A stretch of 64,000 nucleotides of DNA from Myxococcota bacterium (GTDB taxonomy: Bacteria; Myxococcota_A; UBA796; CAJQPC01). Where the stretch lies: assembly GCA_036229005.1 (NCBI GenBank), contig JAZAMN010000043.1, positions 64,001 through 128,000 on the forward strand, written 5' to 3'. Positions 27,389 to 37,028 of the stretch are shown here, piece by piece. The first letter of the stretch is position 1; each line of letters opens with the position of its first letter. Position numbers and translations under genes: made by a program. The notes under the pieces were generated by a model. That model saw nothing but the letters and a program-made list of their open reading frames with translations. It was not told the origin of the DNA and did not search any database.

Positions 27389-28731
27389 TGCAGCGCCTGA
27401 TCTTTGCGCTCGGTGGCCTGGCCATCGGCATCGTCACCTTCGGCGCGGGCTTCGTGCTGACCTTCCCGTCGGGCCTCGCGGCCGAGCGGGCGGGCTACGA
27501 GCTGAACCAGGCCACGGACGGCGGGTTGATCCTGGAGGCCGAGAGCCTGCGCCCCTGGCGGCTCTCCGGCGCCAAGGCCCAGGACCTGCACCTCTACACC
27601 GTGCCCCAGAAGCGCGGCCGCAACGCGCCCGAGCCGGTGCCCAACCGGGTGCTCTCGATGGACAGCGCCGCGGCGCGCATCAAGCCCTTCGCCGCGCTGG
27701 GGGGCACCTACGACGTGACCCTGGACGGAGAGCTCTACGAGGGCGATCTGGACGGCCGCGTCGTCGTGATCGGGGAGCGCCTGGAGGTGCCGGAGCTGCT
27801 GCTGGATGGCGCCGATCTCTCCCGCTACCCCTTGGACTTCGGCGAGGTCTCCGTGGACGCCCAGGGCATCGTGCGCCTGCGCGTCACCAGCATGATCTAC
27901 GACCCCTCCGAGCTGGACGACGCCAAGGGCAAGCTGCGCCTGGAGGTCGACGGGCTGGTGCTCGACGGTCTGTCCTTCTCGGGCATCGACCTGCCCACCA
28001 GCACCTTCTCCGAGTCCATCCTGTCCTTCACGCTGGACAACGGCCGGGCGCGGGTGAAGAAGGGCAGCTTCATGGCCGACACCCTGGAGCTCGAGGTGGA
28101 CGGCGATATCGAGCTCAACAAGAAGCTCAGCCGCAGCCGCCTGAACCTGGAGCTGCGCCTCAAGCTGCTGGACGAGGCCCTGGACGGCCTGGCCAAGATC
28201 GCGCTGGGCTCCAGCCGTGATGACGCCGGCGTCTACCACTTCGAGGTGGGCGGCACCCTGGAGCGCCCGGCCCCCCGCCCCAAGCGCTTCGGGGCCAGCA
28301 CCAGCGGACGCCGGAACCGCGCGCCCGGCCCCAGCGTGGGCAACCTCCCTGGCGCGGATCTGCCCGGCATGAAGCCGCCCCCCGACAACCCCGACGAGAA
28401 CTTCCGGCCCCTGGACCGGGAGGACCCCGAGGCCCGCCGTCAGGCGCGTGAGGAGCGGATCCGTCAGCGCCGCGAGGCCATGGATGCGCGCCCCGCTGAG
28501 CCTTCGCCCAACGAGCTGGACGACGAGTACGAGGACGACGAGGACTACCTCGACGACGAGGAGGACGACTTCGAGGACGACGAGGAGTACCTGGACGACG
28601 AGGACTTCGGCGACGAGGCCATCGAGCCCATCCGGGATCTGCCCGGCATCCCCGACGCCCTGCCGGTGCCGGCGCCCCGCCCGATGGCGGACCGCGACTG
28701 GCCCGAGGCGATCCCCCCCGACCAGGACTGA
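27388..28731 (+). CDS. gspN: Type II secretion protein N with a long acidic low-complexity tail
   Basis: TM ending LTFP, beta-rich body and GGTLERP; last gene of the cluster. Confidence 0.75.
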   Translation: MQRLIFALGGLAIGIVTFGAGFVLTFPSGLAAERAGYELNQATDGGLILEAESLRPWRLSGAKAQDLHLYTVPQKRGRNAPEPVPNRVLSMDSAAARIKPFAALGGTYDVTLDGELYEGDLDGRVVVIGERLEVPELLLDGADLSRYPLDFGEVSVDAQGIVRLRVTSMIYDPSELDDAKGKLRLEVDGLVLDGLSFSGIDLPTSTFSESILSFTLDNGRARVKKGSFMADTLELEVDGDIELNKKLSRSRLNLELRLKLLDEALDGLAKIALGSSRDDAGVYHFEVGGTLERPAPRPKRFGASTSGRRNRAPGPSVGNLPGADLPGMKPPPDNPDENFRPLDREDPEARRQAREERIRQRREAMDARPAEPSPNELDDEYEDDEDYLDDEEDDFEDDEEYLDDEDFGDEAIEPIRDLPGIPDALPVPAPRPMADRDWPEAIPPDQD

Positions 28732-28740
28732 GCGGGGGGC

Positions 28741-30399
28741 TCAGCCCTCGGGGTCTTCGATGACGACCTGAGGGCCCTGCAGCTCGGCGTCCAGGGAGCG
28801 TCGGAGCGCCTGCAGGCCCTCAAGCTCGGGGTGCTTGGCCTCCAGCAGCCTGATCACGCGGCTGGCCTTGTCCCAGTCCTGGTCGTCCACAAGGGCCTCG
28901 GCCAGCCACAGGGTCCACTCCGGCTCGTCGGAGAGCTGGTGGGCCAACTGGAGCATCTCGCTGGCCTCCTTGCGCACCGCCGCCCGCGCGGTCTCGGGCA
29001 GCACCCTGGCTTCGAGGGTGAGCACGCGGCCCAGCCACGCCTGGTACTTGGGGTCGTAGACCTGCATGCGGTGCGCGGCCCGGAGCAGGCGGTTGGCCAC
29101 GGCGTAGTCCCGGCGCTCCAGGTGGCGCATGGCCTCCTTGAACAGCCGCTGGTCGCGGGGGAGCGTGGGATCCTCCGCCTCCTGCAGGTCCGCCTGGGCG
29201 GCGGCCGCCTCCACCTTGCGCACAAGCTCGCGGGCCAGGCGGTGGATCTCGTCGGAGAGCTGGGGGTTCTCGGCGACCTCGCTGTAGCGCCGGACCATGC
29301 GGTCGGCGGCCTGCTGGATGCGCTCGGCGTCCTGGGTCGCTGGGATGCCCAGCACGGTCCAGGGGTCGGCGTCCTGCAGCCGCTCCAGCTCTCGGCGCAG
29401 GCGCTTGAGGACCATCAGCGCGTCGATGTTGGAGGTCGGGGCGCTGGCGCGCGGTGCGTGGCCGCGGGTGTCGGTAGCGCGGCGGCGCGGAGCGCGCGGC
29501 GCGGGGGGCATCCGGCGGGGTGGGGGGGCCTCCGGCTTGTTGGCGCGCGCCCTGCGGTGGCCCAGGCCCAGCAGCCCGAGCCTCAGGAGCGCGTCGAGCT
29601 CCGGGCCCACGGAGTCCGGGTCCAGGCGGAAGTTGGCGACGGTGGGGCCCAGCGGCTTCTCCAGGCCGTCGCGCAGCAGGCGGCGGGTGTCCCGGTGCAG
29701 GCTGAGGGCCTGGATCCGGGGCGTACCCGGCATGGCCTGGAGCACCCGGTTGCGCTGGTGGTCCACGAAGCGCTTGTCCGCGCCGGCCTTGGCAGCCTGG
29801 AAGAGAAGCTGTCCGAAGCGGTCGGGGTCGGGGTGGGGGCGCGCCCGGCCCGGGGTGAAGTCCAGCTCCGAGGTGTCGAAGAGCAGCCTGGAGACGAGCT
29901 GCTGAGAGGACTCGTCCAGGGGAGCGCCCTGGGCCATAAGCGCGGTGCCGTGGGGAGAGGTCAGGGTGCCGCTGCGCTCTCCAAGCCAGATGGCCACCAG
30001 CCGCGTGAGGGCGTGGAGGTTGGGGCGGCGCTCCCGCGCGCTGTTGTTGTGCGCGTGCACGCGGGCGACCGTCTCGGCGATCTCCAGCAGGGGCGCGCCG
30101 CGATCCATGCCCGCGTCCGCCTGGAACTCCTGGCTGAGGCCGTCGATGCGGCGGCGGCCAAGCACCACCACGGCCAGGTTGGGCGAGGCCCGCTTGCAGA
30201 CCCGGATGGCGTCCGCGGCAGGCAGGCCGAGCTCCACGTTGGTGACCAGGACGTTTGGCGGGCGCGCGCGGCTGGACTGGCGGGCGGACTCCAGGTCGGG
30301 GCTCGCAGCGACGGAGAACCCCTGGGCCAGCAGAGCGGTCCGCATGCCTCGGCACCAGGAGGGGTCGTCGTCAAAGAGCAGGACGTGGGCTTTGGGCAA
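28741..30399 (-). CDS. Pseudo-receiver / J-like domain / TPR protein
   Basis: VLLFDDD receiver start, DPWTVLGIP J-like helix lacking HPD and C-terminal TPRs. Start (TTG 30399) chosen to avoid overlapping pabB. Confidence 0.65.
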   Translation of the reverse strand: MPKAHVLLFDDDPSWCRGMRTALLAQGFSVAASPDLESARQSSRARPPNVLVTNVELGLPAADAIRVCKRASPNLAVVVLGRRRIDGLSQEFQADAGMDRGAPLLEIAETVARVHAHNNSARERRPNLHALTRLVAIWLGERSGTLTSPHGTALMAQGAPLDESSQQLVSRLLFDTSELDFTPGRARPHPDPDRFGQLLFQAAKAGADKRFVDHQRNRVLQAMPGTPRIQALSLHRDTRRLLRDGLEKPLGPTVANFRLDPDSVGPELDALLRLGLLGLGHRRARANKPEAPPPRRMPPAPRAPRRRATDTRGHAPRASAPTSNIDALMVLKRLRRELERLQDADPWTVLGIPATQDAERIQQAADRMVRRYSEVAENPQLSDEIHRLARELVRKVEAAAAQADLQEAEDPTLPRDQRLFKEAMRHLERRDYAVANRLLRAAHRMQVYDPKYQAWLGRVLTLEARVLPETARAAVRKEASEMLQLAHQLSDEPEWTLWLAEALVDDQDWDKASRVIRLLEAKHPELEGLQALRRSLDAELQGPQVVIEDPEG

Positions 30400-30442
30400 C
30401 TCGGCAGCTCCAGAGTGTGCGCGCCAATGATAGTCCAGCCGC

Positions 30443-31681
30443 GTGATCGCCTCCCGACAACTGGACCTCGCCGCGAGCCCCGGCGCGCTGATCTCCGCTT
30501 TGGCTGGGCAGGTCTCGGACCTGTGCGCCCTTCGGCTGGGGGGGCGCGTTGTGCTCTGCTTCGGGGCCACCGCAGAGGTCCAGGTCGCGCCCGGTTGGCA
30601 GGACGCCGTGCGCGCGCTCCTCCGCCCGGATCCGGCGCCCCAGGGTGTGGCCTTCGCGGGGGGCTGCGTGGGCTTCCTGGGCTACGAGGCGGGCCGCTTC
30701 TGCGAGCGCATGCCCGATCCCAGAGAGGGGGCCTCGCTGGGGGATGGGGTGTTCCGGCGCTACCCGGGCGGACTCCAGCGCCTCGCCGATGGGTGGGTGC
30801 TGGTGGGCGAGCCCGGGTGGGTCTCCCAGGCCCAGGCGGTGATCCAGGCATTGGACCTGCAGACCCCCACCGCACCTCTCCCCCCCGAGCTGGTCCACGC
30901 GCCGCCAGACGCCGAGTACGCGGCCGGGGTGCGGGAGATCCTGGAGCGCATCGCCGCCGGGGACCACTACCAGGTCAACCTGTCCCGGCGACTGGAGCTG
31001 GCCCCCACCGAGCGTCCGGAGCGCCTGCTGGCCGCCCTGCTCGCTGCCCACCCGCTGGCCCCCCACGGCGCGTTCCTCCAGGTTCCGGGGGGCGCGCTGA
31101 TCTCCGACTCGCCCGAGCTCTTCTGGCGGCTGGAGTCGGGGCGGGTGCACACACGACCGATCAAGGGCACGGCCCCTCTGGGCTGCGAGGCCGCGCTGGA
31201 GTCCGACCCCAAGGAGCGCGCCGAGCTCACCATGATCGTCGACCTGATGCGCAACGACCTGGGCCGCGTCTGCACGCCGGGCAGCGTCCAGGTGTCCCCC
31301 CGGCGGATCTTCGCGCTGCCGACCCTGCTCCACGCCGAGCAGCAGGTGGAGGGGCGGCTGGCCCCCGGGCGCGACGCGCTGGATCTGATGGACGCGAGCT
31401 TCCCGCCGGCCTCGATCACCGGGGCGCCCAAGGTCCAGGCCATGGCCACCATTCACGCCCTGGAGTCCACGCCGCGCGGGGCCTATACGGGGGCCATCGG
31501 GGCCTTCCTGGACGGCGGGGACGCTGAGTTCTCGGTCGCGATCCGGGTGCTCCAGGCGCTCGACCACACCACCTTGCTCCACGTGGGCTGCGGCATCGTC
31601 GCGGACTCGGATCCCGCGAGCGAGGTGCGGGAGACCTGGCTCAAGGCCCGGTCATGGCTGGGCGAGCGCCCGGGCGGCTGA
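30443..31681 (+). CDS. pabB: Chorismate-binding protein (aminodeoxychorismate synthase component I / TrpE family)
   Basis: YQVNLS, SPELF, TRPIKGT, KERAELTMIVDLMRNDLG and FPPASITGAPK. Confidence 0.85.
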   Translation: MIASRQLDLAASPGALISALAGQVSDLCALRLGGRVVLCFGATAEVQVAPGWQDAVRALLRPDPAPQGVAFAGGCVGFLGYEAGRFCERMPDPREGASLGDGVFRRYPGGLQRLADGWVLVGEPGWVSQAQAVIQALDLQTPTAPLPPELVHAPPDAEYAAGVREILERIAAGDHYQVNLSRRLELAPTERPERLLAALLAAHPLAPHGAFLQVPGGALISDSPELFWRLESGRVHTRPIKGTAPLGCEAALESDPKERAELTMIVDLMRNDLGRVCTPGSVQVSPRRIFALPTLLHAEQQVEGRLAPGRDALDLMDASFPPASITGAPKVQAMATIHALESTPRGAYTGAIGAFLDGGDAEFSVAIRVLQALDHTTLLHVGCGIVADSDPASEVRETWLKARSWLGERPGG

Positions 31682-32224
31682 GAGGGGGTCGGCGGCGGCC
31701 AGGATGTCGGAGATCACGGCCCAGGCGTCCACCCCGGTCGCGCGCAGCTCTGGCAGGCGGGCCCGGGTGATGCCCCCGATGGCGACCACCGGCACGGTCG
31801 CGGCCAGGGTGACCTCGGCGACGCGATCCAGTCCCTTTCCGTGGCCCGCGCTGCGCTTTGTGGCGGTGGAGAACACGGGCCCAAAGCCCACGTAGTCCAC
31901 CCCCTCCTCCTGGGCCCTCTGGAGCTGAAGCAGGTCGTGGGTGCTGCGCCCGCGCAGGCCGCAGTCGGGGGGGAAGGGGCCGTCGTCCTGGCCCAGGTGC
32001 AGGCCATCGGCCAGGGCAGCGAGCTCGGCGTGGTCGTTGACGATCAGGGGGACGCCGGCGCGGACGCACAGGGGATGGAGGGTGCGCAGGGCCTGGGCGA
32101 CGCGCTCGGTGGGCCAGTCCTTGGCGCGGAGCTGGAGGGCGCAGAGGGGGACCTCCAGGAGCAGGGTGCCCAGGGCGACGGGGTCGCCGAAGCTGGCGTC
32201 GGCCATGCCGTAGAGGCCCTTCAC
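31652..32224 (-). CDS. thiE: Thiamine-phosphate synthase
   Basis: QLRAK, LIVND, GLHLGQDD, GRSTH, DYVGFGPVFSTATK and VAIGGI. Confidence 0.93.
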   Translation of the reverse strand: MKGLYGMADASFGDPVALGTLLLEVPLCALQLRAKDWPTERVAQALRTLHPLCVRAGVPLIVNDHAELAALADGLHLGQDDGPFPPDCGLRGRSTHDLLQLQRAQEEGVDYVGFGPVFSTATKRSAGHGKGLDRVAEVTLAATVPVVAIGGITRARLPELRATGVDAWAVISDILAAADPLSAARALAQP

Positions 32225-33421
32225 TCAGTCCTTCCTCAGGCCCAGACGGACGGCCTTGGTGTGCAGGGTGTTGCGGGCCACGCCCAGCAGGCGCGCGGCG
32301 GCCTTCTGGTTGCCTCCGGTGCGGGAGAGGGCCAGGCGGATCAGGGCGCGCTCGGTGGTGTTGACCACGAGCTGGTAGAGGCCCAGGCCGGTGCTGGGAT
32401 CGAGCTGCTCGACCATGGGGCGCAGGCGCTGCTCGACGAGCTCCTCGAAGCCCTCGGCCTGGATGATCATGGACTCGTCGGCCTGGGGCTGGACCAGGCT
32501 GAGCACGGGCGGGGGCAGGGCGGCGGCGGCGATCACCGGGCCCTCGGTCGCGGCCAGGGCCTGGATGATGAAGGCCTCCAGCTCCTGGGCGTTCCGGGTC
32601 CAGCGGTGGCGGCGGATCAGGGCCCAGAGCGCGCGGTCGAAGCGGCGGCGAGGCAGGCGCATGCGGCGGCGGTGGCGCTCCAGGTAGAGCAGGGCCAGGC
32701 GGCGGAGCTCGGGCTGGCGCTCGCGCAGGGGGAGCATGGGCAGGTGGCGCCAGGTCAGGAGCGCGCGGGGGCGGGGGCGGCGTGAGGAGGCGACCAGACC
32801 CCAGCCGGCGTCTTCGGCCTCCTGGGCGAGCTGCTCCAGGGCGGCGTCGGTGAGCAGCTCGGCGGCGGTGACGTAGACGGTGCCGGGGGGGCCGGTCAGG
32901 GGCCCGGTGAGCTGGCCCTTGGGGGCGACCAGGAACTCCCCGGGGCGGCCGGAGAGCTGGTGGATGCGCTCGGCCAGGCGCTTCTTGCCGGACCCGCGCT
33001 CCGCGGCGATCAGGACCGGGAGCCCCCCGGTGGCGGCGGCGGCCAACGTGTCGGTGGTGTCCTTGCCCAGGCCCAGCAGGCGGATCTCGCGGCCCAGGTC
33101 CCCGCGCTCCACGCGGCCGGTCTGCAGGCGGGTGAGCAGCAGGGGGAGGTTGCCGGCGGCCTTGAGGCCGTCCAGATCGGGGCCCACCGTCCGGAGCTTG
33201 GGGCGGTGCTCCACGGAGCGCGCGATGGCCGAGAGGAGGCCGGGATCCAGCTCGGGCAGGCGGCTGTCGACCAGGGCCAGCTTGAGCTCGGGCTGGCAGA
33301 TGGCGGCCAGGAGCTGGGTCCAGCTCGCGGCGCGGGAGTAGGGGCGCCCGGCGCGGCGGAGCTGTCCCTCCACCTCCTCCAGGAGCGTGTCGTCTGCGCT
33401 GGCGATCACCACTTGGGCCAT
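32225..33421 (-). CDS. NtrC-like regulator with degenerate sigma54-interaction domain and Fis-type HTH
   Basis: Receiver-like N-terminus, PVLIAAERGSGKK, PLRER, WTRNAQEL and C-terminal ALSRTGGNQKAAARLLGVARNTL; no GAFTGA. Start at ATG 33421. Confidence 0.8.
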   Translation of the reverse strand: MAQVVIASADDTLLEEVEGQLRRAGRPYSRAASWTQLLAAICQPELKLALVDSRLPELDPGLLSAIARSVEHRPKLRTVGPDLDGLKAAGNLPLLLTRLQTGRVERGDLGREIRLLGLGKDTTDTLAAAATGGLPVLIAAERGSGKKRLAERIHQLSGRPGEFLVAPKGQLTGPLTGPPGTVYVTAAELLTDAALEQLAQEAEDAGWGLVASSRRPRPRALLTWRHLPMLPLRERQPELRRLALLYLERHRRRMRLPRRRFDRALWALIRRHRWTRNAQELEAFIIQALAATEGPVIAAAALPPPVLSLVQPQADESMIIQAEGFEELVEQRLRPMVEQLDPSTGLGLYQLVVNTTERALIRLALSRTGGNQKAAARLLGVARNTLHTKAVRLGLRKD

Positions 33422-33490
33422 GGGCCTGCGACTAACCCGCTCAAGCTGCCCCTTGCCCTTGACGTTGCAGGCGCGATAGACAGCGACGCT

Positions 33491-35242
33491 GTGAAGACCT
33501 GGATCCTCTTGTGCGCGGCCGCGGGCCTCGCCGCTGAGCCCCCGACCTCCACCTCGAAAGAGGGGAGCATCTGGTCGGAGATCGAGCAGGAGTCCGGGGT
33601 ACAGCTCTCGGAGACGGCCGAGCAGGCCACCCTGGAGCTGGCCGAAGAGCGCTTTGACGAGGAGCGCTTCCTGGGCACCGGCGGCGTCGGCCGCGAGGTC
33701 GAGTGGGGGATCTACCTGGACCCCGTCAAGGCCCTGGAGGACGACCCGCTGCACCTGGCCAAGGTGGTCCCCGCGGAGTTCGACATCCCCGTCGTGGTCA
33801 ACCCCATGGTCGAGAAGTGGATGCGCTACTTCACCGGCCGGGGGCGCGCGCACTTCCACCGCTACCTGGAGCGCCGGGCCCGCTACGAGAGCATGATCCA
33901 CGCCCAGCTCGAGGCCGCCGGGCTGCCCCGGGACCTGCTCTACGTGTCCATGGTGGAGTCCGGGTTCTCCAACACCGCCCGCAGCTACGCCAGCGCGGTG
34001 GGCCTCTGGCAGTTCATGACCCCCACGGGGCGCGCCTACGGCCTGCGCATCGACTACTGGGTCGACGAGCGCACCGACCCCGCCAAGTCCACCGTCGCCG
34101 CCGCCAAGTACCTGGACGACCTCTACAAGATGCAGGGCGACTGGTACCTGGCCTGGGCCTCCTACAACGCCGGCCCCGGGCGCGTGAACGCCGCCTGCCG
34201 CAAGCACAACACCCGGAACTTCTGGGTGGTCGCCGAGCAGGAGACCCTGGCCGTCGAGACGCGCAACTACGTGCCCAAGATCCTGGCCGCAGCCATCCTG
34301 GGCAAGCACCCCGAGCGCTACGGCTTCACGGATCTGGACCTCAAGGCGCCCATCGCCTACGACACCGCCGTGGTCGAGGGCAGCTACACCGTGGCCCACC
34401 TGGCCCGTCTGGCCGGGACCGACGCCGACACCATCGAGTCCCTGAACCCCGCGCTGCTCCGCGGGGCCACCCCGCCCAAGGGCAAGACCGAGGTCCGCCT
34501 CCCCCGGGGCACCCACGGCGCCTTCGTGGCCGCCCTCGCCGCCCAGCCCGAGCCCGATCAGGTCGCCTACCAGCGCCACAAGGTGCGCAAGGGCGAGTCT
34601 CTGGGCAGCATCTCCAAGCACTACGGCGTCCCGGTCGAAGAGCTCGTCCGCCTCAACAAGATCCGGGACCCCAACCACATCTACCCGGGCCTGGAGCTGG
34701 TGGTCCCCGTCAGCGGCGCCGCCCCAACCGGCAGCGCGGACACCCCCGCCAGCGCGCCCGCCAAGGCCGCCACCCGCACCACCCACACCGTGCGCAGCGG
34801 CGAGACCCTGGCCGCCATCGCCACCGCCTACGGCGTCAGCATCGAGCAGCTCGTCGCCGACAACGACCTGGGCAACGCCGACCACATCGAGGTCGGCCAG
34901 AAGCTCACCGTGCTGGGCGGCAGCCCCCAGGCCACCCAGAAGCTGAGCTACACCGTCAAGCGCGGCGACTCCCTGTCCGTCATCGCCTCGGACTTTGGCG
35001 TCACGACCGCCCAGATCATGGAGTGGAACGGCCTCAAGGACGCCTCCCACATCGAGCCCGGCCAGGTCCTCAAGCTCTACGGCGCCTCCCACCAGTGGGT
35101 CGAATACCAGGTGCGCGCCGGCGACTCCCTGGGCCTCATCGCCGAGCGCAACGGCTGCTCCGTGAGCGACCTGCGCTCCTGGAACGACCTGAGCAGCTCC
35201 ACCATCTACCCGGGCCAGACCCTGCGGATCAAGCGTGGCTGA
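33491..35242 (+). CDS. mltD: Lytic murein transglycosylase D-like protein with four LysM domains
   Basis: MVESGF, AVGLWQFM, ASYNAG, ETRNYVPKI and four HxV/YxVxxG(E/D)(S/T)L LysM repeats. GTG start at 33491. Confidence 0.9.
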   Translation: MKTWILLCAAAGLAAEPPTSTSKEGSIWSEIEQESGVQLSETAEQATLELAEERFDEERFLGTGGVGREVEWGIYLDPVKALEDDPLHLAKVVPAEFDIPVVVNPMVEKWMRYFTGRGRAHFHRYLERRARYESMIHAQLEAAGLPRDLLYVSMVESGFSNTARSYASAVGLWQFMTPTGRAYGLRIDYWVDERTDPAKSTVAAAKYLDDLYKMQGDWYLAWASYNAGPGRVNAACRKHNTRNFWVVAEQETLAVETRNYVPKILAAAILGKHPERYGFTDLDLKAPIAYDTAVVEGSYTVAHLARLAGTDADTIESLNPALLRGATPPKGKTEVRLPRGTHGAFVAALAAQPEPDQVAYQRHKVRKGESLGSISKHYGVPVEELVRLNKIRDPNHIYPGLELVVPVSGAAPTGSADTPASAPAKAATRTTHTVRSGETLAAIATAYGVSIEQLVADNDLGNADHIEVGQKLTVLGGSPQATQKLSYTVKRGDSLSVIASDFGVTTAQIMEWNGLKDASHIEPGQVLKLYGASHQWVEYQVRAGDSLGLIAERNGCSVSDLRSWNDLSSSTIYPGQTLRIKRG

Positions 35243-36500
35243 CATGCTCTCGGCCAAGGCCGCGTTGGCGCGTTGCCTGCAGGCCACCCTCCCCGTGCTC
35301 GCCGAGCGCGTCTCCCTGGACCTCGCGTTCGATCGCGTGCTGGCCGAGCCCATCGTCAGCCCCCTGAACGTCCCCCCCTGGGACAACTCGGCCATGGATG
35401 GCTACGCGGTCCGCGCCTGCGACGTACAGCAGAGCGGCGTCACCCTGCGCGTGCTCGAGACCATCGCCGCCGGGGCGGTCCCCAAGAACGAGGTGGTCGA
35501 GGGGACCTGCGCCCGGATCATGACGGGTGCACCGATTCCCCGCGGTGCTGACACGGTCATCATGGTCGAGCGGACGTCCACCAGCGAGGACATGCGATCC
35601 GTGACCCTGCATGAGCGGCCCAGCCCCGGCCAGAACGTGCGCCCCCTGGGCGGCGACGTGCGCAAGGGCCAGCGGGTGCTCGAGCCCGGCACCGTGCTCA
35701 CCCCCGCGGCGGTCGCCCTGATCTCCAGCCTGGGCATCCCCAGCGTGCTGGTCGCGCAGAAGCCCCGCGTCGCCATCCTCTCCACCGGCGACGAGGTCGT
35801 GCCCCCCGGCTTCCCCAAGACCGCTGGCCAGATCTACGGCTCCAACACCCTCGCGCTCATAGGCCTGGTCCGCCAGGCCGGCGCCGAGCCGGTGCACTGC
35901 GGCATCGCCCCCGATGACCCCCAGGGCCTGCGCGACGCCCTCCAGCGCTGCCTGCGCTGCGACCTGATCCTGACCACCGGCGGCGTCAGCGTGGGCGACT
36001 TCGACCACGTCAAGGACGTCATGGGCGGCGTGGACTTCTGGAAGGTCGCCATCAAGCCCGGCAAGCCCCTGGCCTTCGGGGACCTGGAGGGCGTGCCCTT
36101 CTTCGGCCTCCCCGGCAACCCGGTCTCCTGCATGGTGAACTTCCTCCAGTTCGTCCGGCCGGTGATCCGCCAGTCCCTGGGCGACCCCAAGCCCTACCTC
36201 CCCGTGGTCCCCGCGACCCTCACGCACCCCCTGCGCAAGAAGCCCGGCCGCGCCCACCTGTCCCGGGTGATGTTGCGCCGGGATGGGCAGCGCTGGCTGG
36301 CCACCCCGACCGCCACCCAGTCCTCCGGCGTGCTGATGACCATGGTGCTGGCCGACGGCCTCACCCTGCTGCCACCGGACGCCGGGGACCAGCCCGAGGG
36401 CGCCGAGCTCCTGGTGCAGCTCATCCGCCCCGACTGGGGCCGCGCCGAGGACCCCCAGTACCCCTGGGACCACGACCCGCTGCACGACCACGGGTGCTGA
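35235..36500 (+). CDS. moeA: Molybdopterin molybdotransferase
   Basis: NSAMDGYA, RIMTGAP, STGDE, TTGGVSVGDFD, IKPGKP and GLPGNPVS. Confidence 0.96.
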   Translation: MADMLSAKAALARCLQATLPVLAERVSLDLAFDRVLAEPIVSPLNVPPWDNSAMDGYAVRACDVQQSGVTLRVLETIAAGAVPKNEVVEGTCARIMTGAPIPRGADTVIMVERTSTSEDMRSVTLHERPSPGQNVRPLGGDVRKGQRVLEPGTVLTPAAVALISSLGIPSVLVAQKPRVAILSTGDEVVPPGFPKTAGQIYGSNTLALIGLVRQAGAEPVHCGIAPDDPQGLRDALQRCLRCDLILTTGGVSVGDFDHVKDVMGGVDFWKVAIKPGKPLAFGDLEGVPFFGLPGNPVSCMVNFLQFVRPVIRQSLGDPKPYLPVVPATLTHPLRKKPGRAHLSRVMLRRDGQRWLATPTATQSSGVLMTMVLADGLTLLPPDAGDQPEGAELLVQLIRPDWGRAEDPQYPWDHDPLHDHGC

Positions 36501-37007
36501 GTGCAGGCGGTTGTCCTCGCTGGCGGGCGCTCGTCTCGATTCGGCTCGGACAAGGCCCGTTTCCCGGTGATGGGCCAGCCCATGGCGCTGCGGACGGCGC
36601 GCCTCCTCCAGGAGCTGGGCCTGCCCGTCGTCCTCTCCGTGCGAGACCGCGGGCTCGGTGACCTGGGCCTGACCCTGCTGGTCGAGGATCCCGAGCTGCC
36701 GCGCCACCCCCTGGCCGGGGTCGTGACCGCTCTGGAGGCCTTCCCCGAGGTCCTGCTCGTCCCCTGCGACCTGCCCCAGCTCCCCCTGGCCGCCCTCGTC
36801 CGCCTGCGCGCGACCCCCGCCCCTGCGGTGGCTTTTGACGGCGAGCGGGTCCACCCTCTGCTGGCCCACCTGGACCGCCGCAGCCTGCCCAAGGCCCGCG
36901 CCCTGCTGGAGGCACAGGGCCCGGTGATGCCCCTCTCCGACGGCGCCGCCCGCGTTGAGCTTCCGCCGCCCTGGCTTGTGAACCTCAACCGGCCGCCTCC
37001 GGGATAG
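36501..37007 (+). CDS. mobA: Molybdenum cofactor guanylyltransferase
   Basis: VLAGGRSSRFGSDKA, PLAG, PCDLP and NLN. Confidence 0.9.
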   Translation: MQAVVLAGGRSSRFGSDKARFPVMGQPMALRTARLLQELGLPVVLSVRDRGLGDLGLTLLVEDPELPRHPLAGVVTALEAFPEVLLVPCDLPQLPLAALVRLRATPAPAVAFDGERVHPLLAHLDRRSLPKARALLEAQGPVMPLSDGAARVELPPPWLVNLNRPPPG

Positions 37008-37028
37008 AGTGGCTGTCTGGAGGCTGTG

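Noticed and set aside
33422..35395. N-terminal extension of the 1056-aa ORF 32225-35395
   Set aside because: It is the antisense of mltD; the regulator plausibly starts at ATG 33421.
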